The notes under the pieces are model-generated. The model did no database searches, was not told the origin of the DNA, and saw only the letters and a list, made by a program, of their open reading frames with translations. A program made the position numbers and the translations under genes. From Patescibacteria group bacterium (GTDB lineage: Bacteria > Patescibacteriota > Saccharimonadia > UBA4664): a stretch of DNA of 64,000 bases. The DNA lies in the NCBI GenBank assembly GCA_028288925.1, contig JAQGHG010000012.1, forward strand, positions 77,762-141,761, read 5' to 3'. Position 1 is the first letter of the stretch, and every line of letters begins with the position of its first letter. Below, one piece after another: positions 48,300 to 57,553 of this stretch.

Positions 48300-48572
48300 C
48301 TAGCGAATTACACCCTGAGTTACCGAAATATAAATCGTCATAAAGGCGCCCATCGTCACCAGCAACAGAGTCGCCATTAGCCGCAGCTTGCGCTCCGGAT
48401 GACTACTGGCAGTACGAAATGACCAGATGGCGCCCATCATGAAACCCGCCACGAGTAGCGCTATCCCGACCCACGAATTGAGCACAATGTACCCTGATGA
48501 TGCGAATAATAGCGCCGAGAGCAGTACCCGGTCTTGGAGAATGAACGGTTCTTTGACCCTAATCCGCGCCAG
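48300..48572 (-). CDS. Small membrane protein (90 aa), probable CTG start
   Basis: GAGGTG SD 5 nt before CTG, with an in-frame stop directly upstream; 2-3 TM segments. Confidence 0.55.
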   Translation of the reverse strand: MARIRVKEPFILQDRVLLSALLFASSGYIVLNSWVGIALLVAGFMMGAIWSFRTASSHPERKLRLMATLLLVTMGAFMTIYISVTQGVIR

Positions 48573-48647
48573 TTATGCACCTCTTACGCTTAACAACTAA
48601 TTGGCCACACTATAACGTAACCGTAACAATTATGGTAGTCTAAGAGC

Positions 48648-50324
48648 ATGAAAGATAATGCCCTGTATCTAGAAGTCGACGAGGATATTACCTCGGCTAT
48701 CGACAAGCTGACCAAATCGACCGGCGATTCCGTCCAGATCGTCGTCCCCAAGCGCTCTAGCATGCTGCAGAGTGTCATCAACCTCAAGCTGCTCAAGAAA
48801 GCCGCCGGTCAGCAGGGCAAAGAGCTGGTACTCGTCACGAACGACCGGATCGCGAGCGATCTGGCCGCCCGGGTAGGTCTGGCCGTGGCGCCTTCGCTCG
48901 GGGCCAAGCCGGTGCTGGCCGATGTCCAGATGCCGGAGCAGCTCAAATCCGTCGAGGAGGTCATCGACGCCGGTGACCCGGCTCCGCCCGTAGCCGGTCC
49001 CGCCCCGGCCGCCGCCCCGGCCAAATCCAAACGCCCGCTCCTGTTGCGCCGTCGCGAGGTCGGTGACGGTCCGCCCGCCCCGCCGCCCACACCCGATCCG
49101 GCACCCGCCGCGGCTGGTGGCGACCCGGCCAAAAAAGGCCCCAAAATTCCGAATTTCAACCGGCTTCAGCGCCGGGTAATATGGCTCGTCGTGGCCGCCC
49201 TGCTGGTCGGGAGCTACATGGCTGGCATGTACTTTCTGAGCAGCGCCAAGGTCACTCTCTACGCCAACGGTTCTAAGGTCGACATCGACACCACGTTCGC
49301 CGTCGATCCGGCCGCCAAAACCAGCGACAAGAATAAGGCCGTGTTGGCCGGGCAAGTAGTGAGCACGAGCAAGGATCTCTCCGGCTCGTTTGCCCCTACC
49401 GGCAAAAAAGACGCCGGAACCAAGGCCACCGGCACCATATCTATCAGCAACTGTCTCGACAACAATCCCCATACGTTCGTATCGGGGACCCGCTTCCAGG
49501 CTCCCGACGGCAAAATATTCCGCTCCACCGCCGAGGTGGTGGTTCCGGGCGGGCAAGGCAGTTTCTTCGGCTGTACCGCACCGGGCATGGCCACCGCGAC
49601 CGTCCAGGCGGATCAAAACGGCGACAGTTACAATGAGGGGCCCAGCACATACACTATGCCCGGCTTGCCCGCCAGCCAACAGACCGGTCAAAACAGCATC
49701 ATCTCCAAGGGCGCTCAGATGAGCGGCGGCACTACCAAGACCGTATCAGTCGTGACCCAGGCCGACATCGACACCGCCAAAGCGGCACTGATCGCCAAGG
49801 ACAAAGACAACGCCGGCCGCGACCTCCAGAGCCGTGTTCCCAAAGATTACACCGGGCTTACCTCCTCGCAGTCGACCATTACCGGCGATGTAGTCTCCTC
49901 GCCGGCCGTCGAAACCGAGGCTACTACCGCCAACCTGTCACTCAAAGTCACCTATACCGTATTGGCCGTCAAAAAGAGCGAATATCAGGAAATGGTGAAG
50001 GCGCAGGAGCTCAAGCAAGTCGGCGCCGAAAACCAGATCTACGACGACGGCTTGGCCAACGCCCAGGTGACGGCCAACGAAAAAGACTCCTCCGGGCGCC
50101 AGACCTTTCACCTCACCACCGAGGCTTCCGGCGGCGTTAAGATCGATACGGCCGGCTTGATCGAGAAGTTGCGGGGCAAACGCTACGGCGACGCCGCCGA
50201 TCTGTCCTCGCACACTTCGGGCGTCACCCGTGCCGACATCGTACTTTGGCCGAGCTGGGCCTCGAGCCTGCCGGGCCGGTCGGATAAAATTACCGTTAAG
50301 ATTCAAGTAGAAGGCACGAAATAG
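48648..50324 (+). CDS. Membrane protein with baseplate-J-like extracellular domain (CPR-type)
   Basis: YLEVDEDITSAI...VVPKRS...NLKLLK N-domain, Pro linker, TM, KATGTI..N....GTRF...G..YN. Confidence 0.75.
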   Translation: MKDNALYLEVDEDITSAIDKLTKSTGDSVQIVVPKRSSMLQSVINLKLLKKAAGQQGKELVLVTNDRIASDLAARVGLAVAPSLGAKPVLADVQMPEQLKSVEEVIDAGDPAPPVAGPAPAAAPAKSKRPLLLRRREVGDGPPAPPPTPDPAPAAAGGDPAKKGPKIPNFNRLQRRVIWLVVAALLVGSYMAGMYFLSSAKVTLYANGSKVDIDTTFAVDPAAKTSDKNKAVLAGQVVSTSKDLSGSFAPTGKKDAGTKATGTISISNCLDNNPHTFVSGTRFQAPDGKIFRSTAEVVVPGGQGSFFGCTAPGMATATVQADQNGDSYNEGPSTYTMPGLPASQQTGQNSIISKGAQMSGGTTKTVSVVTQADIDTAKAALIAKDKDNAGRDLQSRVPKDYTGLTSSQSTITGDVVSSPAVETEATTANLSLKVTYTVLAVKKSEYQEMVKAQELKQVGAENQIYDDGLANAQVTANEKDSSGRQTFHLTTEASGGVKIDTAGLIEKLRGKRYGDAADLSSHTSGVTRADIVLWPSWASSLPGRSDKITVKIQVEGTK

Positions 50325-50332
50325 AGGCGGCA

Positions 50333-50722
50333 TTGGGCAAATACCTGGGAATTGATTATGGCGCGAAGCGGATTGGCCTGGCTACCGCCGACGCCGAAAC
50401 CAAGCTGGCTACGCCCCTCGCCACGGTGGGGGCGGCCGAGCTGATCGCAACCATTAAGCGCGAGGGACCGTTCAAGGCAGTCGTGGTTGGCCTTCCGCGC
50501 AGCCTCGACGGCCTCGAGACCGCCCAGACCTTGGCCGTGCGCCGTTTCACCGATGACGTGCTGTGGCGGCACTTGCGCATCGAGGCCGAGTTCCAAGACG
50601 AGGCCGGCACCTCGTCGCTCGCCGAAGAGCGCCTCAAGGGTGCCGGCAAGCCCTACGCCAAAGGCGCCATCGACGCGGAAGCCGCCGCTATCATTTTGCA
50701 AGATTACCTGGACGCGCTATGA
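50333..50722 (+). CDS. ruvX: YqgF/RuvX family nuclease
   Basis: LGIDYGAKRIGLA, VVGLP, QDE..TS, IDAEAAAIILQDYL. Confidence 0.92.
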   Translation: MGKYLGIDYGAKRIGLATADAETKLATPLATVGAAELIATIKREGPFKAVVVGLPRSLDGLETAQTLAVRRFTDDVLWRHLRIEAEFQDEAGTSSLAEERLKGAGKPYAKGAIDAEAAAIILQDYLDAL

Positions 50723-51735
50723 AGTCTAGCTACTCTCGGCGGCCGTGGCTCACGCCGCGCAAGGTCTATGGCACGCTGCTCATCCTCGTCCTGGCCGCGG
50801 CGCCGGTGCTATACGCCAAATACCGCCTGGATCTGCGGCCGGTCGCCGCGCAAGGGCAGAGTCAGCAGTTTGTGGTGGCGGCCGGCGAAAACGCCCAGGG
50901 TATCGCCACCCATCTCCGGGCCGCCGGCCTCATTCGCGACCGTAACGCCTTCATTACGTATGTGAACCTGCACGGCTTACGCCCCCGGCTCAAGGTCGGG
51001 ACATACGCCATTGTGCCCAATCTCTCGGCCGCCCAAATCGCCGAGCTCCTAGCCGGCGGCAAAACTATCTCGAAGCGCTTGCTCGTGCCCGAAGGCTACC
51101 GACTCAGCCAGATTACGGCCGCCGCCGCCAGCCTGGGCATCGACAAAACAGCCTTCGCGGCCGCCCTAACTGCCGCCCACCGCCAGACATTCCTGACCGG
51201 CAAACCGGCCAATGTCGACCTCGAGGGCTACCTCTTCCCGGATTCCTACGCCGTCGACGCCGACACCACCCCAACTCAGCTCGTAAACGCCATGCTCGAT
51301 AACTTCGGCAAGCGCGTCGGCCCCGAGTACACCCAAGCCTTTGCCGCCGAGGGGCTCACCCTTCATCAGGGTCTCACGCTCGCTTCGGTGATCGAAAAAG
51401 AAGTCCACAACCCCGCCGACCGCCCCATTGTGGCGCAGGTCTTTCTCAAACGCTTCAAAACCGGCATGCCGCTGGGCTCCGACGTTACCACCCAATACGC
51501 TGCCGACCAGCTCCATGTACCCTTTGATACTAATCTCGACTCCCACTACAATACCCGCCGTTACCCCGGCTTGCCGCCCGGGCCCATCTGTAGCCCCGGC
51601 CTTGGCGCTCTCGATGCCGCCGCCCACCCTGCTACTACCGATTACCTCTACTTTCTAAGCGACAAAAACGGCAAAACCTACTTTGCCAAGACATACGCTG
51701 AGCACCAGCAGAATATCGTTAAGTATCTCCAGTAG
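50719..51735 (+). CDS. mltG: Endolytic transglycosylase MltG
   Basis: VPEG, LEGYLFPDSY, LASVIEKE, YNT...GLPPGPI, YLYF. Confidence 0.93.
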   Translation: MKSSYSRRPWLTPRKVYGTLLILVLAAAPVLYAKYRLDLRPVAAQGQSQQFVVAAGENAQGIATHLRAAGLIRDRNAFITYVNLHGLRPRLKVGTYAIVPNLSAAQIAELLAGGKTISKRLLVPEGYRLSQITAAAASLGIDKTAFAAALTAAHRQTFLTGKPANVDLEGYLFPDSYAVDADTTPTQLVNAMLDNFGKRVGPEYTQAFAAEGLTLHQGLTLASVIEKEVHNPADRPIVAQVFLKRFKTGMPLGSDVTTQYAADQLHVPFDTNLDSHYNTRRYPGLPPGPICSPGLGALDAAAHPATTDYLYFLSDKNGKTYFAKTYAEHQQNIVKYLQ

Positions 51736-51752
51736 CGTAACGGGTCCTGGCA

Positions 51753-51854
51753 GCTTCGGAATATCTCTCCTCGGGCGAGCGAGCGCTGCCCGTCTCTTCG
51801 GTGGACACGATATCAGTATCCGCACTCGCTTCCTCGGAGAGACATTCCTGCGCC
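51753..51854 (-). repeat. Hairpin element copy C (downstream of mltG, inverted)
   Basis: Minus strand GGCGCA-GGAATGTCTCTCC...53-nt core...GGAGAGATATTCC-GAAGC. Confidence 0.8.
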
Positions 51855-51985
51855 GCCACCCGTAAAAAGCGCCACATGGAGCTCAAATTTGACAACGTGT
51901 GGAACATATCATACCGGTGTGTCGTGATGTTTATTTGATGCCGTGAAGGGCCGCATTTTCCCCTTGGCAAGGCTCTTTAACATGG

Positions 51986-52252
51986 TTGACAGATACGGAT
52001 GAGAGAATTAGACTACGAAAGTAAATCGATAAGCGTTAGCGGAATGGTGATGTAACCGCCGGCTGCGAACCGATTTACTACCTGAACCGTCGATACGAAG
52101 GATTAACTAAGGTCGAAATACTTCTGCCCTGTCTCAGATAGGGGAAGGACCCAGTAAGGTAGTACTCGCTCAAGTTTATGAGCGGGGTGGAGAGAAACGT
52201 TATTAGTAGAGATGCCCTTAGTGTCTCCCTTGAAGGATTCCCATCGGTTCAA
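51986..52252 (+). promoter_or_regulatory. Sigma70 promoter and long structured 5' leader of LysM/CHAP gene
   Basis: TTGACA(51986)-17-TAGACT(52009); several complementary segments downstream. Confidence 0.55.
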
Positions 52253-53389
52253 ATGAGCCCGGGGATCGGAGCCACGCCAGAGACATTTTCGAACATAAAA
52301 ACTCCGGCAGCGGCCCAGAAGAGCCGGACTGCGTCCAAACTCGAAATCTCGAAAAAAGTCCAAAAAATCTATCGTTCGCGCTATTTAGCCCACGTTGGCG
52401 TGCTCAGCATCGCCGCTCTCCTCGTCCTCAGCCATGATCCGGCTAAGGCCCATTCGGTCTCGGTACGGCTAATGTCGGCCCACGCCGGCATGAGCACCAC
52501 GCTCGACGACGTCGCCACGGCTAGCATGGCCGCCGATATCGCCGGCGCCGGCAGTATGCTCGTAGACGCCGAGGCGGCCAAGACCGCTACGAGCAAAAAC
52601 GAGCAGGTAGCCTTGCTTACAAGCGATGACAGCACGCTCGCCAAGCGCCAGGTCGTTTCAACGGCCGGCAACGCCACCCGCGACATCAGCACCTACGCCG
52701 TACAGCCCGGTGACACCCTCTCCGGGGTCGCTAGTAAATTTAATATCACCAGCTCCACCCTCAAGTGGGCCAATGAGCTCGATGACGCCGATGCCATTAA
52801 GCCCGGCCAAGAGCTAACCATTCTGCCCGTCAGCGGCCTGCTCTATACGGTGCAATCCGGCGACACCGCCGATAGCTTGGCGGGTAGCTACAGTGCCAAC
52901 GCCGCCCAGATCCTGTCGTTCAACAACGCCGAGGTCAAGGGCCTGGCCGTCGGCATGAAGATCATCATCCCCGACGGCGTCAAGCAGGAGGCTCCCAAAG
53001 CCGCCCCGGCCGCTCCCGCCACCAGTAGCTACGGCCGCGTAGCCGGCGCCAGCACCATCCGCCCCACACTTACCAACTTTGCCGGCGGCGCCAATGGTTA
53101 CTCCTATGGTTACTGCACCTACTACGTGGCCGGCCGCCGCAGCGTCCCCTCTAGCTGGGGCAATGCCAGCTCCTGGTACTACAACGCCCAAGCCTCCGGT
53201 TTCTCAGTGGGCTCCCAGCCCGTACCCGGCGCCATAGCCTGGACCGGCGCCGGCTACTACGGCCACGTGGCTTACGTCGAAGGCGTCTCCGGCGGCATGG
53301 TGACCATCAGCGAGATGAACTTCAACGGCAACTGGAACCGCGTTACCTCCCGCACCGTCTCCGCCTCTAGCTTCCGCTACATTTACTAG
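52253..53389 (+). CDS. LysM x2 + CHAP peptidoglycan hydrolase
   Basis: YAVQPGDTL, YTVQSGDT, GYCTYY, WGNA, YGHVAYVE, ISEMN; start codon uncertain. Confidence 0.9.
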   Translation: MSPGIGATPETFSNIKTPAAAQKSRTASKLEISKKVQKIYRSRYLAHVGVLSIAALLVLSHDPAKAHSVSVRLMSAHAGMSTTLDDVATASMAADIAGAGSMLVDAEAAKTATSKNEQVALLTSDDSTLAKRQVVSTAGNATRDISTYAVQPGDTLSGVASKFNITSSTLKWANELDDADAIKPGQELTILPVSGLLYTVQSGDTADSLAGSYSANAAQILSFNNAEVKGLAVGMKIIIPDGVKQEAPKAAPAAPATSSYGRVAGASTIRPTLTNFAGGANGYSYGYCTYYVAGRRSVPSSWGNASSWYYNAQASGFSVGSQPVPGAIAWTGAGYYGHVAYVEGVSGGMVTISEMNFNGNWNRVTSRTVSASSFRYIY

Positions 53390-53415
53390 GGTAAAGGCCA
53401 TATAAACACAAAGTA

Positions 53416-53445
53416 GAGCCCGGTTGCATTTGCGGCCGGGCTTTC
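53416..53445 (+). terminator. Intrinsic terminator-like hairpin
   Basis: GAGCCCGGTTGC-ATTT-GCGGCCGGGCTTT. Confidence 0.65.
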
Positions 53446-53515
53446 AGGTAGCGTTACAGCCGATTTTCAACATAACTAGTACAAAAAATCAAGTTCGTGG
53501 TACAATGAGCACAAC

Positions 53516-54784
53516 ATGTTTGCAGATACAGCCACAATCGAAGTAAAGGCGGGCAAGGGCGGCGATGGCCGCCTCAGTTTTCGTCACGAGAAATACCGCG
53601 CCATGGGCGGCCCAGACGGCGGCGACGGCGGCCGTGGCGGCGACATCATCGTGCGCGTGGACCACAACCTCAATACGCTTTCGGCCTATCGCAACTCCCG
53701 CATCATCCGCGGCAAGGACGGCGAGGCCGGCGGCGGCAACCGCATGCACGGCGCCAACGGCGAAGAGGCCGTCGTACGCGTGCCCCAGGGCACGCAGGTC
53801 TGGGAAGGCGAGCGGCTAATAATAGACCTCTCAGAAGGCGACCAGGAGACCATTATTGCCAAGGGCGGCCGCGGCGGCTTCGGCAACGCCCACTTCAAAT
53901 CCAGCACCCGCCAGGCCCCGCGCAACGCCGAGCTCGGCGAACGCGGCGACGCCTATCAGCTCCGGCTCGAGCTCAAGATGGTGGCCGATGTCGGCCTGGT
54001 GGGCCTGCCCAACGCCGGCAAATCCACCCTGCTCTCGGTAATCTCCAATGCCAAGCCCGAAATCGCCGATTATCCCTTTACCACCCTCGTGCCCAACCTC
54101 GGCGTGGTTGACGTCGACGAATATGGCTTCCTGGTAGCCGACATCCCCGGCCTCATCGAAGGCGCCAGCCAAGGCAAGGGGCTAGGCGACGAGTTCCTGC
54201 GCCACATCGAGCGCACCGCCGTCCTCCTGCACCTCATCGACGCCCGCTCCGAAGACCCGGCCGCCGACTACAACGTAATCCAAGGCGAATTGCGCGACTA
54301 CCAGGTAGATCTTTCGGCCAAACCTCAGATCATCGTCCTCACCAAGCAGGAAACCGTCGACGCCGAACAGCTCAAGGCCGCCGAAAAAGCCGTCAAGAAG
54401 GCCGCCGGCAAGATCCCCATTTTCGTCATCTCCGCCCAGACCCACGCCGGCCTCCTGCCGCTGCTACGCGCCGCCGCCGAGCTCGTTAAAGCCGCCCGCA
54501 TTCGCCACGAAGAAGAACTGGCAAATGCCGCCGTGCCCGTCATCGACACCGTCGACCAACCTGATTTCTGGCGCGTCACCGCCGAGGGCGAAGGCGTCTG
54601 GCGCGTTACCGGCGAGCATATCCAGGGCTTTGCCCGCCGCACCAACTTTGAGCAAGACGACGCCGTCCGCCGCCTGCGCGACATTTTGGTCAAGACCGGC
54701 GTCGCCCGCGAACTCCGCCGCCAAGGCGCCCAAGACGGCGACATCATCCACATCGACGACACTGAGCTTTCCTGGCTCGACTAA
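53516..54784 (+). CDS. obg: Obg GTPase
   Basis: GGPDGGDGG, GLPNAGKS, YPFTT, DIPG, C-terminal DUF1967-like domain. Confidence 0.97.
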   Translation: MFADTATIEVKAGKGGDGRLSFRHEKYRAMGGPDGGDGGRGGDIIVRVDHNLNTLSAYRNSRIIRGKDGEAGGGNRMHGANGEEAVVRVPQGTQVWEGERLIIDLSEGDQETIIAKGGRGGFGNAHFKSSTRQAPRNAELGERGDAYQLRLELKMVADVGLVGLPNAGKSTLLSVISNAKPEIADYPFTTLVPNLGVVDVDEYGFLVADIPGLIEGASQGKGLGDEFLRHIERTAVLLHLIDARSEDPAADYNVIQGELRDYQVDLSAKPQIIVLTKQETVDAEQLKAAEKAVKKAAGKIPIFVISAQTHAGLLPLLRAAAELVKAARIRHEEELANAAVPVIDTVDQPDFWRVTAEGEGVWRVTGEHIQGFARRTNFEQDDAVRRLRDILVKTGVARELRRQGAQDGDIIHIDDTELSWLD

Positions 54785-54856
54785 AAACCGAACATTAGCC
54801 AAATACCCTAGAGCTTGTTATACTGTCAAACATTGTTATAAATAAGCCCAAGTACA

Positions 54857-56674
54857 ATGTCGCAGGTTAAGCCCCATTACACCAAACAGACACTCAGTCT
54901 TTTTTGGCAACATATCAAGCGGTATCCCCAGCATCTCTGGCCGTTACTGTTCACGATTCCCGCTACCGTTCTGGTGGGGGAGTTTCTGCGCCCCTACGTT
55001 ACGGCCGATATTCTCAATCGCCTCAGTACCGGCTCCTATGATCACCACAACCTCTTAGCGAGCTTTGGCTCCCAGCTGCTGATCTTCGCGGCGGCTAGCA
55101 TCTTCTATGGCGTCATCGGCTGGCGCGTCACCAACTGGATCTCGTGGCGGCTTGAGCTCAAGGTAATGCGCGAGCTCACGCAACGTGTCTTCGGTCACCT
55201 CTTGGCCATGAGCCCCAATTTTCATGCCAACCGGTTCGGTGGCTCGCTAGTCTCGCAGACCAATAAACTCAACGGCGCCTACATCCGTTTGATGGACTCG
55301 ACCGTTTTCGCGGTAATTCCCCTCGTAATATCGGTGATAGCTACGGTTGTAATCTTGGTGCCGCGAGCTCCCCTCTATGTGGCCGCGCTGCTCGTGATCT
55401 CAGCGGTTTATCTCGTGGGTACCATTCACTTTTCCCGCGCGGTCCGAGACGCCAACGCCGAAGAAGCCGCCGTCCAGAGCCGCCAAACCGGCTACCTATC
55501 CGACAGCATCACCAATGTCTTCGCGATTAAAACCTTTGCGGCGGCGGATTACGAAGGCAAGCGCTTCTGGAAGATGAGCGGACTCGTGCAAGAAGCCGGC
55601 CACAAATCCATGCGGGCCACCCTCAAGCGCGAAAACTATGCCAGCCTCCTTACACAAACTCTAGGCATCGTGGCGCTCTGTATCGCCGTAATAGGTGTGG
55701 GCGTACTCAAGGCCGACATCGGCACCATCTTCCTGGTCGTCAGCTACACCGCCTCCATGGCCGAGCGCCTGTGGAACTTCCAGAATGTCCTGCGCCAGTA
55801 CAACCGGGCTATGGGTGACGCCAGCGACATGGTAGAGATTCTACAGATTAAGCCGGGCATTCAGGACCCGGCCCGGCCGGAGCCGTCGCGCATGCGCCAG
55901 GGCGCCATCACCTTTACCGGCGTAACGTTCACCCACGGCGACGCCGACGAAACCCTCTTCGAAGACTTCAGCCTCAAGATTAAGCCCGGCGAAAAGATTG
56001 GCTTGGTTGGGCATTCCGGCTCCGGCAAGACCACCCTCACCCGGCTGCTGCTGCGTTTCTCCGACCTCGATAGCGGCCATATCACGATCGACGGCCAAGA
56101 TATCGCCGCCGTCACCCAGGACGACCTGCGCCGGGCTATTAGCTATGTTCCGCAGGAGCCGATGCTCTTCCACCGTACCCTGCGCGAAAACATCGCCTAT
56201 GGCAAGCTCGACGCGCCGGAAGAGGAGATCATGCGGGCGGCCACGCGCGCCCACGCTCACGAGTTCATCGGCAAAATACCCAAAGGCTATGAGACGATGG
56301 TGGGCGAGCGGGGTATCAAGCTTAGTGGCGGCCAACGCCAGCGCATCGCCATCGCCCGGGCCATGCTCAAGGACGCGCCCATTCTGGTGCTCGACGAAGC
56401 CACTAGCGCTCTCGACAGCGAATCCGAACATCTCATCCAAGACGCGCTCTGGAGCCTCATGGAGGGCCGCACCGCCATCGTCATCGCTCACCGCCTCAGC
56501 ACCATCCAGCACATGGACCGGATCATCGTGCTCGAAGACGGCCGCATCACGGAGCAAGGCTCGCACGCCAAGCTCCTAGCCAAGGGCGGCGCCTACGCCA
56601 AGCTCTGGTCGCGCCAGTCGGGCGGCTTCATCGACGGCGACGAAGAGGCGGCAGCGGAAGACTCCAAGAGCTAG
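54857..56674 (+). CDS. ABC exporter (fused TMD-NBD)
   Basis: TM domain, GHSGSGKT, LSGGQRQR, LDEATSALD. Confidence 0.93.
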   Translation: MSQVKPHYTKQTLSLFWQHIKRYPQHLWPLLFTIPATVLVGEFLRPYVTADILNRLSTGSYDHHNLLASFGSQLLIFAAASIFYGVIGWRVTNWISWRLELKVMRELTQRVFGHLLAMSPNFHANRFGGSLVSQTNKLNGAYIRLMDSTVFAVIPLVISVIATVVILVPRAPLYVAALLVISAVYLVGTIHFSRAVRDANAEEAAVQSRQTGYLSDSITNVFAIKTFAAADYEGKRFWKMSGLVQEAGHKSMRATLKRENYASLLTQTLGIVALCIAVIGVGVLKADIGTIFLVVSYTASMAERLWNFQNVLRQYNRAMGDASDMVEILQIKPGIQDPARPEPSRMRQGAITFTGVTFTHGDADETLFEDFSLKIKPGEKIGLVGHSGSGKTTLTRLLLRFSDLDSGHITIDGQDIAAVTQDDLRRAISYVPQEPMLFHRTLRENIAYGKLDAPEEEIMRAATRAHAHEFIGKIPKGYETMVGERGIKLSGGQRQRIAIARAMLKDAPILVLDEATSALDSESEHLIQDALWSLMEGRTAIVIAHRLSTIQHMDRIIVLEDGRITEQGSHAKLLAKGGAYAKLWSRQSGGFIDGDEEAAAEDSKS

Positions 56675-56704
56675 CCGAGCCGGGGTTTCTCCACGCACCA
56701 TCCG

Positions 56705-56746
56705 ATTTTACTTAGATTTCCGATGCATCGGAAATCTAAGTAAAAT
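56705..56746. repeat. Perfect 42-bp palindrome
   Basis: ATTTTACTTAGATTTCCGATG|CATCGGAAATCTAAGTAAAAT. Confidence 0.9.
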
Positions 56747-56818
56747 GGTGAGTCCTGTCCCCACTGGGCGTAGTGCGGATTGACGAACTGCCCGCGACCA
56801 GGCACAATAGACCAGTTC

Positions 56819-56895
56819 GGGGCATTAGCTCAGCTGGCTAGAGCGCTGCATTCGCATTGCAGAGGTCAAGAGTTCGAATCTCTTATGCTCCACCA
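56819..56895 (+). tRNA. tRNA-Ala(CGC)
   Basis: GGGGCAT/ATGCTCC acceptor stem with G3:U70, anticodon arm CTGCA-TTCGCAT-TGCAG, GTTCGAA T-loop, encoded CCA. Confidence 0.96.
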
Positions 56896-56965
56896 TTTTA
56901 GTTTCTTTTACTTCTTTTTAGTTTTCATTAAGAGCCGTGAGGCTCTTTTTGATATACTCATGCAT

Positions 56966-57434
56966 ATGGAAATTATAGACATAGTAGATTTAGGCGATAA
57001 TGTTATCGGGTCGGCCGAAAAGTCGGATGTTTTGGGGCCAAGGATTAACCTGCCGTGTCTCATTTATCATGATTCAAAATGATGCCGGTGAATTTTTCTT
57101 ACAGCAGCGCAAGTCAACTAAGAAAACGTACCCTTTATATTGGTCTGGTGCGGCTGCGGGCCACGTCGCAAGTGGCGAAACGTATGAGCAGGCTGCCCTG
57201 CGAGAATTAGCCGAAGAACTCGGCGTATCAGTGAAACTTCAAAACATTGGTAAGCAATATTCTAAAGATGATAAAGAATTCGTAAGCTTCTTCATTGGAA
57301 AGAGCAACGGCCCATTTAAGCTCGAGGAAGATGCTATCGAAAAAGCTGAGTTCTTCTCCTTGGAACGATTAAAGAATCAAACCACGGAGATAAAGGTAAC
57401 CTCCTGCCTACAAGCTGCACTCTTGCTGATTTAG
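56966..57434 (+). pseudogene. Nudix (IDI-like) hydrolase with one frameshift near 57030
   Basis: MEIIDIVD..DNVIG in one frame; GLTCR...AGHVASGETYEQAALRELAEELG in the +1 frame. Confidence 0.75.
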
Positions 57435-57553
57435 CACAAGCTCAGCGCTAACAGCGCCCACAATGCTCCACCATTTTAGTTTCTTTTACTTCTTTTTAGT
57501 TTGAGTTAGTTTTCCCTTAAGAGCCGCGAGGCTCTTTTTGGTATCATAGCCCT

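Noticed and set aside
48648-50324. Prophage or contractile injection system
   Set aside because: Only a baseplate-J-like domain on a membrane protein among housekeeping genes; no other phage structural genes.
51719-51970. 83-aa minus-strand ORF sharing STEET with PcrA
   Set aside because: Similarity is explained by hairpin element copy C; no independent evidence it is a gene.
52020-52252. c-di-AMP (ydaO) riboswitch call
   Set aside because: Gene context fits but I cannot find the 3' consensus (CCCG.CAGCUAAC); left unassigned.
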